52,385 nt of DNA, taken from contig JBBREH010000003.1 in assembly GCA_038203095.1 (NCBI GenBank), positions 1 to 52,385 of the forward strand, in the 5' to 3' direction. Below, in pieces: positions 10,013-19,072 of the stretch (position 1 is its first letter; every line of letters starts with the position of its first letter). This DNA comes from Candidatus Doudnabacteria bacterium (lineage in GTDB: Bacteria > Patescibacteriota > Doudnabacteria > UBA920). The position numbers and the translations under genes were made by a program. The notes under the pieces are model-generated. The model had not been told where the DNA came from, did no database searches, and saw only the letters and a program-made list of their open reading frames with translations.

Positions 10013-10042
10013 AAAAACACCATCTGATGATGATGTTTTTTG
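10013..10042. terminator. Hairpin terminator inferred to be the displaced terminator of tRNA-Gly
   Basis: caaaaaacacatc-tgat-gatgatgttttttg directly abutting TGGAG at 10043. Confidence 0.55.
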
Positions 10043-10099
10043 TGGAGAGGGATAATGACTGGTGATAGAATCTATTGGCAGCCTGCAACGGAAAAGTTT

Positions 10100-10512
10100 T
10101 TAATTGAACCCTGTTGCTGGAGACGGCCAATCTAAATTAGCAAGGGGTTTGCCCCTACCCATTTTGGCTAAAAATCCTCGTAGCTCTTTCTTTTTGTCGG
10201 AAGTCCGAGTCGTGATTGTAAAATACTCAATTCGGATCCGAAATAACGGAGAACCCCAGAATTTGAGGTTAGGCCTAAGAAGTCTTTGGGATGGGTGTTT
10301 ATGGCACCTTGCAACCATTTAGTGGTCAGGTTAAACTTGGGATTTATCATTAGTTCTGCCTGAACCAAAGCTTCTATTTTTTCTAAAAGGAATCTTCCCC
10401 TTTCCGCAGATTCCTTATCTCCTTTCAGTAATATTTGCTCTGTCTCTGCTCCTGATGTCGCCCTAGCAACTTTTTAGAACAAATTAAAGGGGTGTTTACG
10501 ACCTTCTCCCAT
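10100..10512 (-). pseudogene. Possible degraded ORF (in-frame TAA at codon 13, possible frameshift near 10170)
   Basis: ATG 10512 is in frame with ORF 10168-10368 except for TAA at 10476-10474; lies 40 nt downstream of a duplicated promoter. Confidence 0.35.
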
Positions 10513-10551
10513 ATTGTAAAATAATTAATATTTTTTAGATTAATTATATAA

Positions 10552-10589
10552 TACCACCTTTTACCCCCGCCTGCCATCCACTATTGTTT
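10552..10589 (-). repeat. 38-bp direct repeat copy 1 (promoter-like)
   Basis: 37/38 identical to 11168-11205. Confidence 0.85.
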
Positions 10590-10773
10590 GGTTCTAGCGT
10601 CATCTCTTTAAGAGTCAAAAAAATACCTCAAAATAATGAGGTATTTTTGTAACTGTTAACGCTCCTTAGTATGGGACGTTAGAACCTATCTTATGGAAAA
10701 TATTGAACAGAGTGTTATTCCTAACCTAAGTCTAGAAGCTGTTAAGCTGGCATAGCACAGCGGTAGATTTGGC

Positions 10774-11133
10774 TTATTCTTTACTCCCGTCGCTATTTAT
10801 CCACTCCCCGTTAACTTTTTGTCCTTCTGTATTACTTTGGTCTGCTTCCCAGATGTCTCGAAATCGATACTCCTTGTCACCGTCTATGAGGCCTAATTCT
10901 TCCACTTCTTGAACGACTGCTTTAATAGGATGCTCAGATTTAAATTCTTTTACGCTAGTTTGTATATAATGTTGCGCTTTCTGTATCGCTTCTTCAGGGG
11001 TTATGATATACATAGTATCAACATCCATTATATTTCCAGTGCCTTCTACATTATAAGCGTCCCATTGATAATAATGCGTGGGTTTTTCTTTACTTTCCCT
11101 GCCTTCATCTATTGCAGTGATTCTTTCTGCCAT
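10774..11133 (-). CDS. Hypothetical acidic protein (element cargo)
   Basis: 119 aa ORF with its own promoter repeat and terminator hairpin aaaaatacctca..tgaggtattttt at ~10619-10648. Confidence 0.65.
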   Translation of the reverse strand: MAERITAIDEGRESKEKPTHYYQWDAYNVEGTGNIMDVDTMYIITPEEAIQKAQHYIQTSVKEFKSEHPIKAVVQEVEELGLIDGDKEYRFRDIWEADQSNTEGQKVNGEWINSDGSKE

Positions 11134-11167
11134 ATGTTTAAAGTTAATTATTTTATTGCCTTTATTC

Positions 11168-11205
11168 TACCACCTTTTACCCCAGCCTGCCATCCACTAT
11201 TGTTT
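11168..11205 (-). repeat. 38-bp direct repeat copy 2 (promoter-like)
   Basis: 37/38 identical to 10552-10589. Confidence 0.85.
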
Positions 11206-11623
11206 TAGAGAAAACACGGGGTCAAATCTGGACATTGGACATTTAGTTTTTTGACTTTGATGGCTTAGTGCTCTTTAATTTAAGGGGAAATTTTTGCCTT
11301 GCCTTTATCCAAAGAAAAAAGCTCCACCATCCGCCAACTGGCGGAGTGAAACATTTTTCTTTGGAGCGGTTTAAGGGACGATTATAGAACTATGGATTGG
11401 GTGGAGGTGGTGGCAGGTTATGGGTATGTGGCAAAACAGTTGGATAAATTTTTGGTGAGAGCGTAAATATTTACGATTGTTTTTACAAGGCGGGGGTGGG
11501 GTGCTTTTAAGCAGAATTTTTGGTATTAAGATTTTAGGGTCTATATGAGTTAGACCCGTTTTTTAACTTTTATCTTTAAAACTGTTAAACTATGTAAAGC
11601 AAAGTAAATTTTGGAATAAAACA

Positions 11624-12781
11624 ATGAACGAAGTAAGCGAACTTTTAAACACGCATTTTCAAGCATTTAAAGATGAAGCCAGTCCGTATGATTTTTTTCC
11701 GAAATTGGCGGATTATGTTAGATATGTGATTGAAACAGATAAGTTTGCGCCTATACTGGCCGAATTGCGAAAACAACAATCAGAGCAATATCAAAAACTT
11801 GATGATTATTACGATAAGGCAGTTAAGGAATTGGGTGCTTCAAAAGAAAAATTAGTTGAAATTGTAAATAAAAATAATTTGTCTTCGCCAAGTATTACAG
11901 AGGCATTAAAAACAATTGAGGCTCTTAAAAACGGCACAATGCACGTTTCAAACCCACCAAAGGAATTAAGTGATTGTCTTTTTGCCATAGCAAAAAGCAT
12001 TGGCCAGCAGGGCAAGATAGATTTGCTAAAAATTTTTAATAACCCCAAGCCCATTTTCCATAATATTTATGGCGACTTTATTTTTTCTACCACCTTAACG
12101 GATTTTAATAACCACCACGAAATGGTTAAGGAATTGTGGGATATGGAGCAATGGGGAGCGTTATCGCATTTGACCGTATTAGAAGCGGCAATCAGCTTTT
12201 ATGAGCCAATGGAAAATTTACTAATATTACTGCCGAAAGATGGTAAACCTCATTGGCAAAAAGTAGAAGAAGGGGCTGAAAAAATTGGATTGGTTATGGA
12301 GTGGCGAGAAATAAAGAATGAAGCCCAAAATTACCCTCATCAACAAGGGTCAAATAATCATTTTTCGTCAATATTTGCAAAGATAGAAAGTTTTAAGCAA
12401 TGGGCAACAAGACTTCATAATTTCCTATTAAAGGAAGTCGTAAAGCAAAGCAATTTGCCGGACAAAAAATCAAAGGGCAAGATTAAATTATTTTTTTCTG
12501 CCGATGATGGCTTATACAGAGAGAAAAATAATAAAAAAATTAGTTACCCAATTAGAGGCAAAAGGGCAAAGCTGGTAAAATTTTTGAAGAATGGCAAAAT
12601 TAAAGGCAGTGAGCTGGTTTTACAATTAGACCAGCCATTATATTTAGTAAGCAAGGAAATAGAGGAAATTAACACGAATTTTAAAGCCAAATTAGAGTTG
12701 GCTGATGGTTTAATAATTCGCCTAGAAACGGGCGGTTACAAGCTGGATAATACTAAATTTTTAATCCAGTTTTTAGATTAA
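11624..12781 (+). CDS. Hypothetical protein with possible C-terminal winged-helix domain
   Basis: 385 aa ORF; C-terminal RAKLVKFL...VSKEIEEINTNF...ETGGYKL pattern. Confidence 0.7.
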   Translation: MNEVSELLNTHFQAFKDEASPYDFFPKLADYVRYVIETDKFAPILAELRKQQSEQYQKLDDYYDKAVKELGASKEKLVEIVNKNNLSSPSITEALKTIEALKNGTMHVSNPPKELSDCLFAIAKSIGQQGKIDLLKIFNNPKPIFHNIYGDFIFSTTLTDFNNHHEMVKELWDMEQWGALSHLTVLEAAISFYEPMENLLILLPKDGKPHWQKVEEGAEKIGLVMEWREIKNEAQNYPHQQGSNNHFSSIFAKIESFKQWATRLHNFLLKEVVKQSNLPDKKSKGKIKLFFSADDGLYREKNNKKISYPIRGKRAKLVKFLKNGKIKGSELVLQLDQPLYLVSKEIEEINTNFKAKLELADGLIIRLETGGYKLDNTKFLIQFLD

Positions 12782-12935
12782 GGTAGTTTATACTGTTGGT
12801 TGACTTTTAGTTGTTGTTAATAACTTTTTGCATAGCGGCTGTATTAAGCCGTTTTTTGTTTGCTCGCAGTCAACTATTGGGCAATTACAAGTATTTGCCA
12901 ATTTTTTTAAACTTACTTTGTAAGTGGATTTTTTT

Positions 12936-13118
12936 ATGCCCGAATTATCAGAACTGGAGCAAAAAGGTCTGGTTGAAGCCTTTGGGCTAAAGCCAGAGGA
13001 AGTTGCGGACGCAGGATATAACTTGCTTGGTTTTTTTAGTGTCTTATATAAAATTGACCAAAGGCTAAAAAAAGAAGCTCAAGCAAAAGCGGCTGGTGAG
13101 GGGGTTGGTCGTGATTGA
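12936..13118 (+). CDS. Small hypothetical protein coupled to the rep-like gene
   Basis: 60 aa from ATG 12936; stop overlaps the next start. Confidence 0.6.
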   Translation: MPELSELEQKGLVEAFGLKPEEVADAGYNLLGFFSVLYKIDQRLKKEAQAKAAGEGVGRD

Positions 13119-14250
13119 TAGCGCAACCATAATACTTGAGGCAAGCCAATTTAAGGTTTTAGATTATGAGTGTTTTGATGGCAGGGAAAACAAGCAGATA
13201 AATGGCAAGTTTTCTGTAACCACAACTTTTTGTCAAAAGTTTGCGGAAGCCGAGAAAAAGCAGGGCAATTACTTTCCTAGAATTTCTTTGCCAAACAATA
13301 CAGTTAAACGGCCAGATGGCAAAAAAGAGCAGGTAAAAACTTTAGAAATCCAAGCCTCTTTGCCAAAATCTAGGCACGGCACTAATTTATGGGAAGCTGA
13401 TAGCACAGACTTAGAGCCTATTTATTTTCAATGGGTAAACGATTTGGCAAAAATCCATATACAAACTACTACCAACGCCTTGAGCAAGGCGGTATTAAAA
13501 AGGATTGATTTTTCTAAAGTGGTTAGGTTGCCGGATAGTTTAGGTGAAGCGAGGGCGGTATTAAAACTTTTAGCCAATTTTAACTACAAGCCTCATTCAG
13601 ATTTTGCGATTAAACAATTTAATGATAATTCAGAGGGTATGGCCTTAAAGTTTTGGAATACCACGCAGGGATATGTGATTTATGATAAGTTGGGCGAGGT
13701 TATCGCCAATGGCCATACCAAAGCAGAGCAGGGTTTAATTCAAGCATTTAAAGAGGGCAAGCTAAAAAGAAATGTTATAAAATTTGAATTATCTTTGCAA
13801 AGAAAGCCAAGCCTTGAGGCCGTGCTAAGGCGGATTATTAAGACCAAGAGCAAAAATTTTACCTTAAGCGATGTAATGGCCACTAAGGATATAAGCAAAG
13901 CCATTTTATCTGAAACTTTTAACAAGGTTTATGGCCATATCACAATGGCCATTGTTTCCTTAAGCCAGATGAAAGAAAATGAGCTAGAGCAGTATTTATT
14001 GAGTAAAAATTTAGGGTTTAACCGGCACGCTTTACTATCTTATTTGGTGAATATGACTACTAAAATTGGTGTTGCCGCTATGTGGGGACAGATGGAGGAA
14101 AGAATGGGAGGCAGTAGTTATGACAGGTATAAAAAAGAGGTGTCATTGATAATTACAGAATTGGGCGAAATTCCTAATACTTTGCCTAATTTGATACAGT
14201 ATTTGAGATATCAACACCAGAAATTTGAGATTTATAGGCCGGTATGCTAA
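13111..14250 (+). CDS. Putative rolling-circle replication initiator (Rep_trans / phage CRI-like)
   Basis: (V)IDSATI start, YFPRISL, IQASLPK, KRIDF, VIYDK, IKFELSL motifs in the order typical of this family. Confidence 0.55.
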   Translation: MIDSATIILEASQFKVLDYECFDGRENKQINGKFSVTTTFCQKFAEAEKKQGNYFPRISLPNNTVKRPDGKKEQVKTLEIQASLPKSRHGTNLWEADSTDLEPIYFQWVNDLAKIHIQTTTNALSKAVLKRIDFSKVVRLPDSLGEARAVLKLLANFNYKPHSDFAIKQFNDNSEGMALKFWNTTQGYVIYDKLGEVIANGHTKAEQGLIQAFKEGKLKRNVIKFELSLQRKPSLEAVLRRIIKTKSKNFTLSDVMATKDISKAILSETFNKVYGHITMAIVSLSQMKENELEQYLLSKNLGFNRHALLSYLVNMTTKIGVAAMWGQMEERMGGSSYDRYKKEVSLIITELGEIPNTLPNLIQYLRYQHQKFEIYRPVC

Positions 14251-14396
14251 TATGAAGTTGTAAAGCATTGTCAAATGACTTTTTATCCTAACCCAGCATT
14301 ACCCCAATATCACTACTATTTTTTATAATCGGCAAAAGGTTAAAAATATATATTTTAAACTAACGCCAAATACTGGCGATTAAAGAAAGGATTAGT

Positions 14397-14546
14397 ATGC
14401 AAAAACTTATAAAAATTACCTTAAGCGAATATTCGGACGGCGGAAATATGTTAATACAAAAAGAAAATAAAGATGGTTGGAAACTTATAAGTTTTAACAT
14501 TAGGGACTACTCCAATGAGGCATATTTAATTTTTGAAAAAGCCTAA
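14397..14546 (+). CDS. Small 49-aa protein (not in ORF track), loosely DUF4177-like
   Basis: SD GAAAGGA; MQKLIKITLSEYSDGGNMLIQKENKDGWKLISFNIRDYSNEAYLIFEKA*. Confidence 0.45.
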   Translation: MQKLIKITLSEYSDGGNMLIQKENKDGWKLISFNIRDYSNEAYLIFEKA

Positions 14547-14550
14547 ACTT

Positions 14551-14736
14551 ATGAAACAAAAAGAATTTTATTTGGTTGAGGAACTGGCAAATCGCCTTAG
14601 GGTTTCCAATATGACCATCTACCGCTACATTAAGGCAGGCAAAATATCAGCTCATAAAATCGGCAAGGAATTTAGAATTACAGACAAAGAGTTTGATAAA
14701 TTTTTAGATAAAGTTAAAACAAAACAAACTGTATGA
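14551..14736 (+). CDS. Excisionase-family (HTH_17/MerR-like) DNA-binding protein
   Basis: FYLVEELANRLRVSNMTIYRYIKAGKISAHKIGKEFRI. Confidence 0.85.
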   Translation: MKQKEFYLVEELANRLRVSNMTIYRYIKAGKISAHKIGKEFRITDKEFDKFLDKVKTKQTV

Positions 14737-16718
14737 AAGAAATAACAGCGGAAACAAAAAAAATTGATTTGCACGAAACCGTTTCTTTATTGGGCGTTTC
14801 AACGGCAACTGTTAGAAACTGGATTAGACACAATTATTTGACCCCCCAAGAAGATAAGGCATTGCTTTTTGATTATGCCCAAGTCAAAGAGCTACAAGAT
14901 AATATAGCAACTGGCAAAGTAGACAGGTTGAATAAAAGAGCAAACAAAAGGAACTCCCAAAATACTTTTATACCAGAGGAATATGCCGATAATTTAGAAG
15001 TTATCAGCATTGTAGAAAAAATTATTAGTGATTTTAACTCCCAATCATACCAATTAAAACCCACATTATTTACAGTAATTCTTAATCTGTTTAAGGTTAA
15101 AAAATTAGTTGATTATTCAAATTGTTTGAATAGTTTTGATATAAAAAATCCGGTAATAAAAAATGAGTTGGATTGGTGGAAAAAAAATTTAGATGGAGAA
15201 TATGATTTTGAAAAGTATGCAGGTTTGTTAAATATGCCCTTGCCCCCAGTAAGTGATATTTTAGGACTTATTTATCAATCTTTAGCGGCAGAGGGCGACA
15301 AAGCCCAAGCAGGCTCTTACTATACCCCAAAAGCTGTTGTTGACGAAATTATTTCAGATTATGTAAGCCCTCAGTCAGTTATTCTTGACCCTTGTTGCGG
15401 GACAGGGCAATTTTTACTTTCGGCTTCAGAAGTCATTGAAAACCCAGCAAACATTTGGGGTTTTGATATTGATGAGCTTGCAGTTAGAATAGCGAGGGCA
15501 AATCTTTTATTAAAATTTAATACTACCAGCTTTGTGCCAAATGTGTATAGGAAAAATACTTTGACTGAATTAGTTGAGGGCAGTTTATTTTCCGAAATAA
15601 ATACACCAAAATTTGATGTTGTCGCCACTAATCCACCTTGGGGTGTTCATTTGTCAAAAATGGATACAGTCCAGTTACAATCCTTATTTCCTCTAATAAC
15701 CTCTAACGAAACATTTTCTTATTTTATTAAAAGGGGCATTAATTTTTTGAAAGATGGAGGAACTCTTGCTTATATATTGCCGGAAGCTATATTAAATATA
15801 AAAACCCACAAAGATATTAGGGCAATAATTTTAAGGGATACGCATATCAAAAGAATAAAGCATTTAAGCCGTATTTTTAAGAATGTTTTTAGTCCTGTAA
15901 TAAGACTGGATGTTGTAAAAGCAAAACCGCAAGGCCTTGAAGAATTAATTGCTGAAAAAGAAAATTCTAAACATAATGTCAAACAATCAAGATTAGCTGA
16001 AAATCAAGATTTTTTGTTTGATGTATTTAATAATAACGATGATGTAGGTATTTTTGATAAAGTCTACAAACACGCCCACACTACCCTAAAAGATAATGCG
16101 GATTGGGCTTTGGGAATCGTAACAGGAAATAATGCCAAATTTTTATTAAAACAAATTGGGATAGGTGCAGAACCAATTTTAACCGGCAAGGATATTAAGC
16201 GATTTATAACAGCTAACCCAATAAATTTTATAAAGTTTGAGCCTGATAAGTTTCAACAAGTTGCCCCAGATTATAAGTATCGTGCTAAAGAAAAACTTGT
16301 ATATAAGTTTATTTCCAAGTATTTGGTATTTTCTTATGACGACAAACAAACTTTAACATTGAATAGCGCAAATATACTCATACCAAAAATACAAAATTAT
16401 CCTATTAAAACAATACTGGCATTATTTAACTCATCTCTTTACCAGTTTTTATATCAAAAAAAATTTGGTGCTATAAAAATCTTAAGAAATGATTTAGAGC
16501 AACTGCCACTCCCTATTATTACCGAAGCTAAACATTTAGAAATTAAGAACCTGATTGATAAGCTGTTAAAAAGAGATGCGGAAGAGCCGGAAAGGCAGTT
16601 GCCTTATGATGAGTTAGATAAAATTATAATGGACATATTTAAGCTGAACGAACTGGAGCAAGGGCATATTAGAAAGAGTGTAAAATTGTCAGAGAAATCA
16701 TTAAATATCACTAAGTAA
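14733..16718 (+). CDS. N6-adenine DNA methyltransferase (TaqI/Eco57I-like gamma class) with N-terminal HTH
   Basis: GSYYTP, ILDPCCGTGQFL (motif I), NPPW (motif IV), TaqI_C-like C-terminus; N-terminal LLGVSTATVRNWIR HTH. Confidence 0.85.
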   Translation: MKEITAETKKIDLHETVSLLGVSTATVRNWIRHNYLTPQEDKALLFDYAQVKELQDNIATGKVDRLNKRANKRNSQNTFIPEEYADNLEVISIVEKIISDFNSQSYQLKPTLFTVILNLFKVKKLVDYSNCLNSFDIKNPVIKNELDWWKKNLDGEYDFEKYAGLLNMPLPPVSDILGLIYQSLAAEGDKAQAGSYYTPKAVVDEIISDYVSPQSVILDPCCGTGQFLLSASEVIENPANIWGFDIDELAVRIARANLLLKFNTTSFVPNVYRKNTLTELVEGSLFSEINTPKFDVVATNPPWGVHLSKMDTVQLQSLFPLITSNETFSYFIKRGINFLKDGGTLAYILPEAILNIKTHKDIRAIILRDTHIKRIKHLSRIFKNVFSPVIRLDVVKAKPQGLEELIAEKENSKHNVKQSRLAENQDFLFDVFNNNDDVGIFDKVYKHAHTTLKDNADWALGIVTGNNAKFLLKQIGIGAEPILTGKDIKRFITANPINFIKFEPDKFQQVAPDYKYRAKEKLVYKFISKYLVFSYDDKQTLTLNSANILIPKIQNYPIKTILALFNSSLYQFLYQKKFGAIKILRNDLEQLPLPIITEAKHLEIKNLIDKLLKRDAEEPERQLPYDELDKIIMDIFKLNELEQGHIRKSVKLSEKSLNITK

Positions 16719-16719
16719 T

Positions 16720-17460
16720 ATGGACTACCTAAAAGAAAAGCTAAATAAGTTGATTGACGAGTTGTCGGCTGATAAGAAAGAAATTATAAGAACGAGGTTG
16801 TCAAACCTTGTTTCGGTTTACCCATTTAATGAGTATGAGTATATTATTTCCTCATTGATGGGATTTGGAAAAATTACTTTAGATGATTATTACGAAATTA
16901 GAGATGAGTATATCGCCCGAAATATGTATCTTTATATTTTTGAAATTGGCTCGCCAAGAGGTTTTGGTGAACAGTGGGCGCAAGGACACTTAAAAGGGTT
17001 AGTGCCAGACCTTATAAAACCTACAAAAAAGGTAGAAAAAAATTATAAAGGTGATTATGATTTGATACTCCCAAAGGATAATAGATTAATTCGTATTGAG
17101 GTTAAGGCTTCAAGAGCAGTAAATAGCGACAGCCTCGAACCACTTTTTGTTAAAGCACTTTCATTTGAGAGCAAGCATCCATTTTGGATGAATTTTCAAC
17201 AAATAAAACCAGCTCATTGTGATGTTTTTGTTTGGGTAGCTGTTTGGCGAGATATAATCAAGTATTGGGTATTATCTTCAAAAGAAGTTGAAAGTAATAA
17301 GTATTATTCAAAGGGTCAGCATAGAGGTAATGTTGGCGAGGGGCAACTACATATCAGAGAAGATAATATAAAAGATTTTCAAATTTACGAAGTAAAATCT
17401 GATGAATTAAAAGAAGCAATCATCAGAGCATACGAAAGGCAGAAAGGTAGCAAAAAATGA
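16720..17460 (+). CDS. Putative type II restriction endonuclease (PD-(D/E)xK)
   Basis: YDLIL...IRIEVKASR and NFQQIKP motifs; directly after the MTase. Confidence 0.65.
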   Translation: MDYLKEKLNKLIDELSADKKEIIRTRLSNLVSVYPFNEYEYIISSLMGFGKITLDDYYEIRDEYIARNMYLYIFEIGSPRGFGEQWAQGHLKGLVPDLIKPTKKVEKNYKGDYDLILPKDNRLIRIEVKASRAVNSDSLEPLFVKALSFESKHPFWMNFQQIKPAHCDVFVWVAVWRDIIKYWVLSSKEVESNKYYSKGQHRGNVGEGQLHIREDNIKDFQIYEVKSDELKEAIIRAYERQKGSKK

Positions 17461-18956
17461 AAACCGTAATTTATTTAAGGGTGTCATCCAAAAAACAGGA
17501 GCAAGAGGGCTTTTCAATCCCCGCCCAAAGGAAGTTACTTTTGGATTTTGCCAGAGCCAAAGGCTTTAAGGTTGTTAAAGAGTTTGAGGATGATGAAACG
17601 GCCAAAAGCGCAGGCCGTGAGCATTTTGGCTTGATGGTTGATTATATAAAAGCCAATAAAGATGTTGAAGCGGTTTTGGTAGAAAAGACAGACCGCTTAT
17701 ATCGCAACTTTAGAGATTATGTAACGATTGACGAACTTGGAATTTCGGTATTTTTGGTTAAGGAAAATGAGGTATTGGGTAAAAATTCATCTTCACACCA
17801 AAAATTTATACACGGCATAAAAGTTTTAATGGCCAAAAATTATATTGATAACCTTAGAGAGGAAAGTGGCAAAGGCCATTTACAAAAAGCGGAAAGCGGT
17901 ATTTATGCAGGCAGTCGCTTGCCATTAGGTTATAAATTTGGCAAGGATGGCGATAAAATTGTGCCTGTAATTGACGAGGCAAACAAAGACTTACCGCTAA
18001 AAATGTTTGAGTATTATGCTACCGGACTTTATTCTTTGAAAAGCCTTATTAAGCGGATTGTAGATGAGGGGCTTGTGCGGCCGGAGCTAATGCCTAAAAT
18101 TTCAAGGCTAACTAAAATGACTAAAAGCACGGCTCACCGGACTTTAAGAAACCCATTTTATTATGGCGATTTTTACTGGAAAGGCACACTCTACCACGGC
18201 ACACAAAAGCGGCTAATAGAAAAAGATTTGTGGAATAAGGTGCAGGAATTGCTTAACCAGACAGACGGCAAGAATGAGCCTAAGCCTAAATATGGCACTA
18301 AGCCGTTTGCTTTTAAGGGCTTACTGATTTGTGGCGAATGTAGTCGCACTGTAACGGCGGAAAAGGTAGTTAAGAAATCTGGCCTAGAATTTGTTTATTA
18401 CCATTGCACAAAATTTGGCACTAAATGCACACAAAAGGCCGTAAACGAAACGCTGTTAGACGAGCATATAATAAGCTCGCTTGAGGGCTTAGAAATGCCA
18501 CAGGACGCTGTTGATTATGTAGCCGAGGGACTTAAGCAGTCTTTGTATTTGAAGCGTAACACAGAGGATAAAACAAGGGAACAGTTAGAGGCTGAAAAAA
18601 ATAAATTACAAAACCGCCTTAGTGTTTTGTATGAGGATAAACTGGACAGGGTTATTAGCGATGAATTTTATAACCAAAAGTTTAACGAGTATTCGGAAAA
18701 GATAAAAGCCTTAGACACGCTTATAAGCAAATACACTTATGCGGACATTGATTATTACCAATTTGGCGTAAAAACTTTAGAACTCGCTAAAACTGCCGCA
18801 ATACTGTATAAAAACGCACTACCGGATGAAAAGCGAGAACTGCTTAACTTTTTACTTCAGAACTCCACATTAAAATCACAAACACCCCAATTTACTTACG
18901 GAAAACCCTTTGACAGGGTGCGTCAAAGGGCGTTAAGTTCCGATTGGAGCGGCTAA
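17457..18956 (+). CDS. Large serine recombinase (integrase)
   Basis: YLRVSS catalytic Ser, EKTDRLYRN, recombinase domain (RNPFYYG), Zn-ribbon (CGEC...YYHC), coiled coil. Confidence 0.93.
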   Translation: MKTVIYLRVSSKKQEQEGFSIPAQRKLLLDFARAKGFKVVKEFEDDETAKSAGREHFGLMVDYIKANKDVEAVLVEKTDRLYRNFRDYVTIDELGISVFLVKENEVLGKNSSSHQKFIHGIKVLMAKNYIDNLREESGKGHLQKAESGIYAGSRLPLGYKFGKDGDKIVPVIDEANKDLPLKMFEYYATGLYSLKSLIKRIVDEGLVRPELMPKISRLTKMTKSTAHRTLRNPFYYGDFYWKGTLYHGTQKRLIEKDLWNKVQELLNQTDGKNEPKPKYGTKPFAFKGLLICGECSRTVTAEKVVKKSGLEFVYYHCTKFGTKCTQKAVNETLLDEHIISSLEGLEMPQDAVDYVAEGLKQSLYLKRNTEDKTREQLEAEKNKLQNRLSVLYEDKLDRVISDEFYNQKFNEYSEKIKALDTLISKYTYADIDYYQFGVKTLELAKTAAILYKNALPDEKRELLNFLLQNSTLKSQTPQFTYGKPFDRVRQRALSSDWSG

Positions 18957-19018
18957 GGGGAATCGAACCCCTGTCCATACCTTGGCAAGGTATTGTTCTA
19001 CCATTGAACCATAGCCGC
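18945..19018 (-). tRNA. tRNA-Gly(GCC)
   Basis: Anticodon arm atacc-ttGCCaa-ggtat; CCA end overlaps the recombinase 3' end. Confidence 0.95.
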
Positions 19019-19072
19019 AGACTAAAATTATATTAGATTTTTTATTGGGCACGAAGGTTATCGTGCCCAATA

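Larger units (their letters stand above)
10043..18949. mobile_element. Integrative element (~8.9 kb) inserted in the 3' end of tRNA-Gly(GCC)
   Basis: Serine recombinase runs into the tRNA 3' end; TGGAG at 10043-10047 and 18945-18949; xis-like, Rep-like and R-M genes inside. Right end firm, left end inferred. Confidence 0.7.

Noticed and set aside
10041-10051. tgtggagaggg similar to the reverse complement of the tRNA-Ser 3' end (ccctctccgcca)
   Set aside because: The match is too short and tRNA-Ser is 36 kb away; the tRNA-Gly TGGAG junction explains the site better
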